This document shows, one piece after another, positions 1 to 10,491 of a DNA stretch of 64,000 bases. The notes below the pieces were generated by a model that made no database searches, was not told the DNA's origin, and saw nothing but the letters and a program-made list of their open reading frames with translations. The position numbers and the translations under genes were made by a program. The stretch comes from Chrysomallon squamiferum. Lineage: Eukaryota; Animalia; Mollusca. The stretch spans positions 16,244,001 through 16,308,000 of the forward strand of contig CM022679.1 in assembly GCA_012295275.1 (NCBI GenBank), written 5' to 3'. How positions within the stretch are numbered: position 1 is the first letter of the stretch; the number at the start of each line of letters is the position of its first letter.

Positions 1-527
1 ATTGTGTATATGGAGCTTATTACTTTTGTAGTTTATTGGGTGTGCATTATGCGATAGCAGATTTTCAAGTAACTAACCATCCCTGAAAATTAATATTTTG
101 AGATACCCACAGTATTATAAAGATTTTCTCTAGTCTTAAATTCACAATTACAAGATATCAATTCAAGACAGAAGTCTTTATTCCATTCATATACTTTGTT
201 AAATATGTATATAAAAAGAGTTATTAATTGAAAAGCATTGATCTTATTATCTATTTGTGATGTATTTCTTCATTGTTTAAATAACCCATTACTATTCTTT
301 GAGAATTGATATCAAAGAACATGGGGTGTGTTATCCAACCACTAAGAAGGTGTATAATGAAACTGCTCAGAGTGTGCAAGTTTTCTCTCTCACCTCATCA
401 TTATATACAAAAACAGTGTTAACAACAGTTAATAATAATAAAATGGGTTGAGATGTCATTAAACAAATGTTAGTAATCTTTTAAAAATCAGAAAAGATTT
501 GTGAAGATAATGAATTTCTGATTTCAG

Positions 528-671
528 TGCAAGTTCTCAGAAGAAGGACAGGAGTGCCGTCTAGGAAAAAATCCACCAAAGGAGAAACCTTTCAGTGGTG
601 TCACTGCATGTGTGGACTTCTGTGCACACGCACACAAAGACCTTCACAACATCAACAATGGGTCCACTGTG
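528..671 (+). CDS. TET: TET penultimate coding exon (HxD motif)
   Basis: tttcag|TGC...GTG|gtaagt; 144 nt; [48 protein letters not shown] (a different frame from the 527..715 ORF listed). Confidence 0.95.
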
Positions 672-2909
672 GTAAGTGCTGTTCTGCCAGTCAGACTGGT
701 TCAGTGATTGAGTGAATGAAACTACCTAGTGTTAATTAGTTATGTGTGTGTTAATGAAACTACCTGGTTTTAATCAGTTACATGTGTGTTAATGAAACTA
801 CCTAGTTTTAATCAGTTACCTGGTGTGAATGAAACTACCTGGTTTTAATCAGTTATATGTGTGTGAATGAAACTACCTAGTTTTAATCAGTTACCTGGTG
901 TGAATGAAACTACCTGGTTTTAATCAGTTATATGTGTGTGAGTGAAACTCTCTAGTTTTAATCAGTTACCTGGTGTGAATGAAACTACCTGGTTTTAATC
1001 AGTTATATGTGTGTGAATGAAACTCTCTAGTTTTATACAGTTATATATGTTTTGATCAGTTATATGTATCAAATTTATTTAAAGATATTTAGATCCTAAA
1101 TAAATAAAAAAAAAGCTATTATGAAATATGACATTATTCATATAATAATATTAATTACTCATAAATTCACCTTTTTTGTTCTTGTAAGATTTCTCTTTCA
1201 TAATATAAATTTTTTGCTAATAGGTTGTCACACTATCCAAGAATAGAGGTCTGAAAAAACCTGAAGATGAACAACTGCATGTTCTGCCTCTGTACGTATT
1301 AGATCCAACTGATGAAAACGGCAGCAGAGAAGGTCAGTTAGAAAAAATTCGTTCTGGTGCTTTGGAAGTGTTAACAAATTTTCCTTGTGAAGCAAGAATA
1401 CGATCAAAACCACTGACCCCTTGCAAGAAAAGAGCCAAACTCAACAAGATTTTGCTATCCAAAGGTCTGACATGTTTGAAAGAGAAATCAATAGTTCAGG
1501 CTAAAGCAGTGCCAAATGTTCCTGAAGTGAAAAAGAGTAACACACCTGCTGGTGCAGCCAGTAAAAGGAAACTTCCAGAAGGAGGCAGAAAGGGAAGTTT
1601 TGAACAGTTAATATCCCTCTCTGGACTACCCAATTATCAAGATCTCTATGACAAATTTTGGGACTATTTTTATTCTAATGGTTCATTTCCACCAGAAACA
1701 TTTTTGTCAAAATGGGCAGAAGCAAGAGGAGGTCAAGTGTCTTCTACATCAGCCAATAATCAAAATTCACCTGGTGAAAACCATACAAACTCCCAGCTGT
1801 CAAATCACCCACAGATGGACTGTGACATGCAGAGACCACAGACTAATGTGTTTAACTCATCACAGACAGACAGAAACTTGCATAATCAGTATTCAAATGG
1901 TGGAGATCCTCCCACCAAGAAACTGTGTTTGACAGCAAATGAAAATGATCTCAGAAACTCCTGTGAAAATAATTGGCAGCCGTCTTGTAAATCTCAGGAA
2001 GCTCGTCCTCTGTCAGCCGTACCATTTAACTCTCCACTTGACATGTTATGTGAGGCAGCAATGAGGACAGACCCACCCCGTCCTCAGTCACACCCACCAT
2101 CTCTCACAAATGTGCCTTACCCTTCCCATAGTGCATCACCAATGCAAGGAGATAGATCACATCAGCTCTCTGAGACGGCAAACACATTTATTCCAACAAA
2201 TCAGCATTCTATGCAACAACAAAATACATCATCACTGCCAATAAACAATTCAAACAGTCATTCCAATATTATGTGTTCTGATAACTCTTTCTGTGATCCA
2301 CAACAATTTGCGTGCAATGTTAATCAGCAGTCGGCCATTTTTCAGAATGGCCAACAGAGCCCTAAGTCTGCACAGAACTGCAGTGAGTTGGAGGAAGGTA
2401 TAATAGATCCAACTGTGGTTCGTTGTGAGATGGACTACAATGAGTCAAATTTCCGCGACCCGGAGATCGGGGGAGTGGCTATTGCTTTGGGCCACGGTGC
2501 AGTGCTGTTCGAAGTTGCTAAGCGAGAACTGCATGCAACTACAGCACTGCGAAACCCAAACCGATACCACCCGACACGTATAAGTCTGGTGTTCTACCAA
2601 CACAAAAATTTAAACTTTGCCAACCACGGTTGGGCAGAACATGAGAAGAAAATGGAACTATTGCATGAAAAAAGATTGAGAGCAGCTTTAGACAAAGGTC
2701 TGGACGTGGAAGACATGAAGCCAGGCAAGCGGAAAAAGAAGAAAAAAGAAGTACTGGAAGTGGATTTTGCTAAGACGTCTGCTGCTCAGTATAAATACAT
2801 GTGGGATGCTCCTGTACGACATGGGCTGTCATTTACTACAGACTCTATTATCACTCGCTGGATTGACCCGCAGCCAATGGTTTCTGGGCCATACCAGCAC
2901 TGGGTGTGA
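528..2909 (+). CDS. TET: TET methylcytosine dioxygenase, 3' part (last two coding exons 528-671 and 1224-2909; 5' exons lie outside the window)
   Basis: Spliced translation gives [32 protein letters not shown]|[16 protein letters not shown] (HxD iron motif), a low-complexity insert, then [49 protein letters not shown] (distal His, 2-oxoglutarate Arg) and C-terminal GPYQHWV*. The phase-0 GT-AG intron spans 672-1223. Confidence 0.97.
714..1050. repeat. Intronic minisatellite, 9 units of about 37-38 bp arranged as a ~75-bp dimer
   Basis: Units (g/t)aatgaaactacct(a/g)gttttaatcagtta... start at 714, 752, 790, 827, 865, 902, 940, 977 and 1015. Confidence 0.95.
1224..2909 (+). CDS. TET: TET terminal coding exon (DSBH domain with insert)
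   Basis: aatag|GTT GTC ACA; in frame with ORF 1362..2909; stop TGA 2907-2909. Confidence 0.95.
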   Translation, partial: VVTLSKNRGLKKPEDEQLHVLPLYVLDPTDENGSREGQLEKIRSGALEVLTNFPCEARIRSKPLTPCKKRAKLNKILLSKGLTCLKEKSIVQAKAVPNVPEVKKSNTPAGAASKRKLPEGGRKGSFEQLISLSGLPNYQDLYDKFWDYFYSNGSFPPETFLSKWAEARGGQVSSTSANNQNSPGENHTNSQLSNHPQMDCDMQRPQTNVFNSSQTDRNLHNQYSNGGDPPTKKLCLTANENDLRNSCENNWQPSCKSQEARPLSAVPFNSPLDMLCEAAMRTDPPRPQSHPPSLTNVPYPSHSASPMQGDRSHQLSETANTFIPTNQHSMQQQNTSSLPINNSNSHSNIMCSDNSFCDPQQFACNVNQQSAIFQNGQQSPKSAQNCSELEEGIIDPTVVRCEMDYNESNFRDPEIGGVAIALGHGAVLFEVAKRELHATTALRNPNRYHPTRISLVFYQHKNLNFANHGWAEHEKKMELLHEKRLRAALDKGLDVEDMKPGKRKKKKKEVLEVDFAKTSAAQYKYMWDAPVRHGLSFTTDSIITRWIDPQPMVSGPYQHWV

Positions 2910-4249
2910 ACTGTACCAGCTGTGATCATAGTGAACTGTCATTATATCATAACTATTATGATTCTGAATGTATTGTATGTGATCAATATAATGACAATGC
3001 AGATTAATAATACATTGTTTAAAGAAGACAACTGTCTTGAATGGCTTTCCCAAAAGATCAGTAAATTTATTCTTCCAAAAGGTTTACACAAAAATAAAAA
3101 TAAATAATGCTTAAAAATGTATAAAAAGAAATTACAAAATTTAAAACTACAATGACTTACATATTAAATGATTTTTGGAAAAATTTTGAATTTTAAAAAA
3201 TTTATTTTACATTTAATATCAAATATATTTATTGTTCAGATGCAATACATTCAGTTAATGATATCTGTGATTAGTGCTTGTGAATGTTCCAAGGGGCATA
3301 ACTGTGTTTAGTTGAGATAACTCTTAATTATTTTATGTTGTATGTTTTAAAATCTTTGTTACGGCATTTCTTTTTTTTCTTCTGTTGGTATATTTACTCG
3401 GTATATATACACTTCTTTATTTATTATATACTTGTTGAATGTTACACTACACTACAAATTTTTAATACATAAATGATTAATTTTAACAAATTGAATTTTT
3501 ACAGAAGGAATTAGCCATTTTTGGTTGATTCTATTCTTAATTTTACACTCTTTTGTTGTTGTTAATATGAAATATGTTTGTTTGTTTTTAAAATAATTTT
3601 AGTTTTTCCTGTGGCTTCTTGTTTGATTATAAGTGCTGGATTTTGTGCTAAGTCTGAAAATATTTCAGTATATGGTTTTTTGGAGAAAAGTTTTTAAAAT
3701 AACAATATGCTTGTAACAGAAATTGATAATGTCATGTATATCAGTATAAGAAAAGTTTCTGTGTGGCAAAAAAAAACGAAAATGAAAATGTTAAAAAGAA
3801 ATGGATGTATATGGTTTGTAGCTATTCAGGCTTGAGAACAAAACAACAAATAAAAAGAAGGAAAAACTTTGAGGGAAACAAATTAATATTGTCATCAACA
3901 GCTTTACCTCAGCATAATTTACGGTGCTTAGTGACAACATACCTCAGGATATGTTAGCTAATTTACATCCATCAGATACATCCAGTTTACACAACTTTTT
4001 ATATTTTATAAGCTAATTATTTCTGAATAACTTTTAATGTATATATCTTACATTTGTGAAGATGACACCATAAATAAGTGTGTTTACCACAGTTTACAAA
4101 AAAAAAAAGTAAGACTGACAAAATCCATCTTTCATTTTCAGTTAATGAACTGCCATTCAACAGCAACAATAACAAAAAATATATATATATTTTTTAAATG
4201 AATGTCGTATAACATCCTTTTAAAGTTGTTTTTTTAGATTGTTCTAAAA

Positions 4250-4785
4250 ATGTTTGTATAAAAATTTAATTTGAGCTTTTTTAACAGAATTGTCAATAAT
4301 ATATGCATACATACATAATCATTTTATGTTCTTTAGAATTTTAATTTTAAATATTTCATTCAATTTATTAACATTAATTAACAAATATTTCAATATTGAT
4401 GTTTCACTTGAATTTAGATACATCATCTATTTGTTTATATTATTTTTTAATGTTTGTATAAAAAGTTAATTTTAATTTTTTTAACAAAATTGTCAATAAT
4501 TTATATGTTATAAGAAATAACATGTTCATACACACATACTCTTTTTAATTTTAAACATTTCATTCAATTTATTAACATTAATTAATAAATATTTCAAAAT
4601 TGATGTTTCATTTGAATTTAGATACATCATCTATTTGCTTATGTTATTTTGAAATGTTTGTATAAAATTTTTATTTCAGCTTCACATGTAATTATTTCTA
4701 TGTGCTTTACAGTTTTAATTTTACATTAATAAATATTTCAGAATTGATGTTTCAGATAAATTTAGATACATCATCTGTTTCAAAT
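4250..4785. repeat. Degenerate ~200-bp tandem triplication downstream of the TET stop
   Basis: atgtttgtataaaa recurs near 4250, 4450 and 4654; tttagatacatcatct recurs near 4413, 4617 and 4761; the third copy is internally deleted. Confidence 0.85.
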
Positions 4786-6944
4786 TTTTATTTTATTATT
4801 TTAAATATTACTATTTTATATATATATAAAAAACACAGTGAAAATATTTCCAACATTGTCATTATAGCCTTCCAGTAATTAAGGAATGTTTAAATATATT
4901 TTAGAAATCAAATTGTGAGACCTATGATTTTACAATTTATTAATTTTTACTTACTTAGAATACTTTATATTTTATATATTTGTGTTAGCTATTTTAATAA
5001 TGGGATGATTTGTCCATTATAAAAGTAGAGTGAAACCTGCTTATACTTGTCATAATCCGGGAAATTATTTAATTAATAACTTACACAGAAAAATTATTAT
5101 AAAAAGGGAAAATGTCTTTAGAAAAAACAACTATTTTACGTTGTTTTTAGTACTCGTTATTTTTGTTAAATTATTATTAATTGGCAATTTTTTTTTTTTT
5201 TTTTTTAAATTTAATAATTAAACTGACACTAATTTCACAAAGAATGATGTTAATAACATAATATATTCATTTAATTAGGTTGTCTTTTTGTCATTTATCT
5301 GTTTGGAACAAATGAAAATGGACACAGAATAAAATGTCATAATATACCATTTAAAAGGATAATAAGAAAAAGAGCTTGTTTAGTTTAACAGTCATTTGAG
5401 CAGCACCCTGTTATCTGTTAGGGTTTATTTTACTCTGACATTTACAAATTATTTTTATTGCATTCTAGTTGTATTGAGTTGACTGCATTTATTTCTTGTA
5501 ATGATGAAAATGACTCTGATAAATTATTTTAAAATGAAATTCTTCTTGATTGTATACACTTACTGATTAACTATTATGACAACATTATAAATGTTGATCA
5601 GTTTCATTTCAATTTTTCTTCTTCTTTTTTTTTTTTTTTTATTTATTTATTTATTTATTTATTTTTTATTTTTATTTTTTTTTATTTTTTTGTTTTGTTT
5701 TTTGTTTGTTTCAGGGATATACTGTCATTATATTTATACAAGTAAACAATGTGTATTTCCTTTTCATTTTGTGATGAATATTGTTTTACAACTTGTAAAT
5801 TCCCCACGGGTATGTATATGAATAATTGTACAAAGAAAAAATAACACCACCATGGTGTTTATACATAATGAGTAGATATTTTTAAAATTATTTTATTGCC
5901 CAAGGCAATCTGTGTAATTTATATTTATTTTATTATTTTTATTGCTTGGAAAGATAGAAATAAATGCTGGTTTTTTAACTAATTGGTCTCGTTTGGCGGC
6001 ATTGATTAAGTTGTAGTTACATTATTTATAAGAAAATTCTAAAATTAGTTAAGTAAACCAGATTTAATTGTTGTTGTTTTTTTATTTTTCTTTCATTGTT
6101 TTATTTTGTATTTTATATATGAACCTGTCTTCTTTTTATTAAATTTATTTATCAGAGTAATTAGTATTCCCACTACTAATGTAGTAATTGTACATAATAA
6201 AATGAAATTATATTTTAATTGTAAATTTACCCTTGTAGAAAAAACAAAAACAAATCTGAAAACAAAAACAACAATGGAGTAGTTTGTCTGTGCAGTAGTT
6301 CTGTACAGTCCTGTATGTTAGATGGTTTATCTCAGAAAATAAAGCCATATTTATTTCTGTGTGGAATTGTTCATTTTTTATTTCATGTTTGCTGTAAAAA
6401 AAAAGTATGCTAGTATAATGGCTGACATTGTATATAATATATATAGTTGTTTTTTTTGTTTTGTATTATCAGTGAATGCAGTGAAATCATAGTTTCATCT
6501 TCTATGCTTTTACACACACCATTTAAAACTTGTCAAAAGCAAATAATATACAGGGGTACCTATCTTTCAAGGACCAGGGAAGTATTTTCATTATTGTTCC
6601 ACTGCTAAAGTGGACAGTCATGCTGTTTGGATTTGTTATCTCCAAAATAAATAATTCTATTGTTGTACAAAAGCTTTATGTGATATGCAGGATACATTGT
6701 GTTTGTTGAATCACAAGGACCCACAAACTTCTATTGCCGAACTCCTGCTCGCCAAAATGTGTGAGCTCAACCTATTTGGTACATAGTTCAGTTGTTCCAT
6801 AATTTATGTTTCATAAAAACTGCATATTAACAGACTTTTTTTGGTGTAACTGGTTTAAATCAAAGCTCTATTTGGATCTCAAACAACGTATGCTTATTAT
6901 GAGTTTTATGAAGTGCAAAATGTTTTATTTGCATCCATATATAC

Positions 6945-6945
6945 A

Positions 6946-7005
<60 letters not shown>
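6945..7005. repeat. (CT)n(AT)n compound microsatellite
   Basis: Directly visible. Confidence 0.95.
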
Positions 7006-7006
7006 C

Positions 7007-7550
7007 TTTTTTTTTTTGATCACTCATTGACTACATGTCAAGGCCAGCAGTGATTATGAATGAAACTGTTCTCTGTAGAACCTTGAATCATAGAGCTTCT
7101 TCTGGAAAGTTGTTATCCAGATAGTTTCCCTCAGCTGCTGTAGGTTTATGCAGTTTTGGAGACATGTTCACTTAACTGTTAAGAAGATACCAGCTGGAAT
7201 CTCATGTGTTGGTTGAGCCTGTTCAGTCCAGTTCTTAATCAGAAAATGATGACTTGTTCAGGAATAGCAAATGATAGTCATTGGTCTGTTTGGGAGGTCT
7301 ATACAGAGATTTAATACTTGATTTCATCTCTTCATATAAACACTCTGTTCATTACCAGCACTAGTTTTAGCAGTCTGTCTGCATTCTCATTTCCAGGTAT
7401 GCCACAGTGAGCTGGGATCTACTGAAACATGACTTGGTTGACACTACTGATAGGATGTATGTAGGGTTTCTGAAAGTCCGGCTAGCTTGTTCTTTTCAAG
7501 AGCCTGGAGGGCAAGAGAGCATCTGTGAAGAAGACAACATGTAGCAGTTT
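7007..7550 (-). mobile_element. Decayed, 5'-truncated non-LTR retrotransposon (RNase H-containing, I/Nimb-like) 3' end with poly(A)
   Basis: The minus strand reads VVFFTDAL..LQALE, then QVMFQ*IPAHCGIPGNENAD (RNase H WIPAHCGIPGNE motif with TGG->TAG), then QVIIF*LRTGLNRLNQHM, with stops and frameshifts. It ends in an A11 tail at 7007-7017. Confidence 0.85.
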
Positions 7551-8373
7551 ATAGGTTAGCTCAAGTTGAACTGCTCAAAAGAAACTTTCAACCATTCAGA
7601 ATGTGTCCTGTACTTGGGAGTTTAAAAGTCATGAAAGAATAAAATTATCATGCCATTTCAATTCTTTATTCTTTCTTATTTTATTTATTTGTTGTTGCTT
7701 TGTTTATCCTTCTTGTCTTGATAAATCTTTTTTCGTTTCATTCAAATGAAAAAAAGCTGGAAACAAAAAACACAATAGCACTGATTCAGAAATAACAAAA
7801 ACATCGAAGAATTAGCTATGTTACATAAACATAATGACAATGAATATAAATGAGTCGATATAACATACAGGAAAATAATTTTAAATGCCCCCCTACCTAA
7901 ATTCAACAATAAACTAACACTGCAATACATGGTAAAAATAACAAAAACATTAGGTCAACAAAGATGCATTCAAAACCAAACATAACTATCCAGGACCAAA
8001 ACTAGTTCCTGACCCAATGAAAAACAAAAACAACATGCATCCAAAAGAATGGGAAAGAGAAAATCTGTACCCATCACTTTACAAATACATTTCAAAAGAC
8101 CAAAATCACTGTTACAAATCATTCAGGGTTTCCTTTTTACCAAATTTCAAATTGTACAGAAATGAGATTTATTGTAGATTCACGTTCCTTCATCTGTACA
8201 GAATACCAATTTTATCTTAAATGCACAGTCACTTTTCTCATATTCTGTCTGAAATGGATCATGTCATGAGTTAATGTTCTTACCACAACAGATGAAGAAT
8301 ATAGTAGGTATTAATCCACTACATGGAAACAGATGATGGTCATGTAGTATTAAAATGAGATCATAAACTAGAT

Positions 8374-8608
8374 CATAGGTTTTCAACCTGGGGGACACCA
8401 GCCTTTTTTCTAGGGGTTGCAAGATCGTTCTCGAGTAAGGAGGAATAAATAAAAATGTGTAGATATGTTTGGGACCTGTCATAGTGAATATAGATTCCTT
8501 TTGTACTGTCTTTAATGCTAGATATTATTGAATCAAAAATTTTAAAGGGGGTCATCAGTCATGTAATTTGATAAGAGGTCGCAGTATGAAAAAGGTTGAA
8601 AACCAATG
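8374..8608. mobile_element. hAT (Charlie-like) non-autonomous MITE, 235 bp
   Basis: 16-bp TIRs CATAGGTTTTCAACCT / AGGTTGAAAACCAATG (1 mismatch); degenerate 8-bp flanks aactagat / cattagat resemble the NTCTAGAN target. Confidence 0.75.
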
Positions 8609-9477
8609 CATTAGATCCTCTATTTAATAGGTGCCCCTATTTCCTGGATTTGAGAAAATGAGAAATAAAACATCTCCACTCATCTAAAATAATTTTTTTG
8701 GATTCCCACTACAATCAGGCAAATCAAGCTCAGTCTGTTTCCTAACAGAGTAAGTAAATTTTGTTCTGTATATTTTTCTACACTCTGAATTTAAAGCAAA
8801 TTTAAATCTGTATATTTATTCTGCATTAATATTTGTTAATATTTGTGCTGTTTCTAACACCCTTCAGAAAATCCAGAGTTGTTTTTTATTTTTGACAACC
8901 TTTCCCACCTTCTGTGTTAAACAGATGGTCAAATTTATTAAATATTGTTAACACAGCCTGAAAACAAAGAAAAATAATAATAATCATAAGTAAATAAAAA
9001 TAATAAAACATAATATTTTGAAAATAATTTTATTAAAGTTCATTTTAAAATATATATTAGTCAGGATTTTTCATCATAATATAAACATTAATGAACAAGA
9101 CATATTAAATAGACATGAATGCAAAAATGCAAATGAAACAATGAATTACCTGTATAAAAAAAATGTTCACTAAAATGCCTTAAATGCAGTAAATTTAATA
9201 CAATCAGGCAATTTAATTATTTGCAATTGCCATAACATTTGAGAAAAATTTCATTTAACAAGGAAGAGTATAATTTAAAAAACCAAAGTACATCTGCCAA
9301 CCTTTCAAGTCATGCTTAGAATTTTATAAGCTATACAAAGTTCTGGTATAGAAATGGCCAGTTGATAAATATTTCATCAAAGTTTAAATTAAAGCATTTA
9401 ACATACACAGGAAGTTAATTATCATTGTACAGGCAGGTTATTGAGACACCATCAAAGAGTTTCCTTCTTAGGCTTAA

Positions 9478-10177
9478 GGGGACATGTATGGAAAAAATAG
9501 AATTTTTTTGTATTTTTTATGATACAGAATTGAAACTTGATGGAAATAATGCCCATTTGTTTACCATAAAAAACTAGTGCTTTTTAAAATATTGTAATAC
9601 CCCATTTCATGAACACCTCCAACCCAAACAAATACATACATACTGCCAGGGTTCATCACAGATATGTGTTTCAACAAAATAACAAAGAACTTTTTTTTTT
9701 TTTTAAGTAAAGTTTTTCATTTATATTCTGAAACCACAGAAAATATTGAGAAAATTAAATATTTTCATATAAAACTTGTATGAAAATATTTAATTTTCCC
9801 AAGATTTTCTTTCTGTCATTTTTAGGTGTTCATTTCTAAATATATAAATTCAAATTAGGAATCTCTAGCACAAACGTGACAAAGATTATTCAAGCAGCAT
9901 CTTCCCCAAAATATTATGATATGAAAAATGAAGTGTGATTATAAAAAAAAAAAACGAAATGAAGTTTCAGAAATCCAACTTCCACCTATTATGGCAATAG
10001 GGATGCTTTTATGCATTGTTATTATGTTATCTCTGTATATACACTTCCTTTTTCAAAAAAGCTGAAATATTTATCTGAAAAAGCACATTTTTAGATACAC
10101 ATTTTAAACAGTCGTGTCAAAAACTAAAAAAATTATTTTGATTATTCAAATTGTCATTTTTTGCCTAGCATGTCCCC
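9478..10177. mobile_element. TTAA-flanked non-autonomous DNA transposon (Kolobok-like), 700 bp
   Basis: TTAA|GGGGACATGtatggaaaaaat ... attttttgcctagCATGTCCCC|TTAA. GG termini with a TTAA target fit Kolobok better than piggyBac (CC termini). Confidence 0.75.
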
Positions 10178-10428
10178 TTAACACCAAGATCACCCTGTTT
10201 AAAACTGAGCTAATCCTAAAACTTGAAATCCAATGAACACTCTGTTAACCAAGCACAAAATTTCTTCTTAATCCAAAGAACAATGCTTTCAGTATAATGT
10301 TAATCCTAAGACTGTTGTCTTCAACATGGATTTAATTTTATGACTGGTCCCTTAAACACGAGCCAGTTCTACGACTGATGCTTTCAAAACAACGGTGAAA
10401 CAGAAATCTTACTGAAATATCCACAGTG

Positions 10429-10491
10429 TTATCTTATGACACCCGATGTTGCACCCCCCCCACCACAGGCAGATCGTCCTTGTCGCAAACC
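10429..10491 (-). CDS. SMN1: SMN last coding exon (equivalent of human exon 7)
   Basis: tttcag|GGT TTG CGA CAA...: [20 protein letters not shown] (human exon 7 starts GFRQ). Confidence 0.88.
   Translation of the reverse strand, partial: GLRQGRSACGGGGATSGVIR

Noticed and set aside
527-715. 62-aa ORF from the ORF track
   Set aside because: Wrong frame; the real TET exon 528-671 is read in another frame between canonical splice sites
714-1050. CRISPR-like appearance of the 37-38-bp repeats
   Set aside because: No unique spacers: the inter-core sequences are short and themselves repeated. The array is in a eukaryotic intron with no cas genes.
3921-3930. GGTGCT miR-29-family seed match downstream of TET
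   Set aside because: A single 6-mer in several kb is not distinguishable from chance
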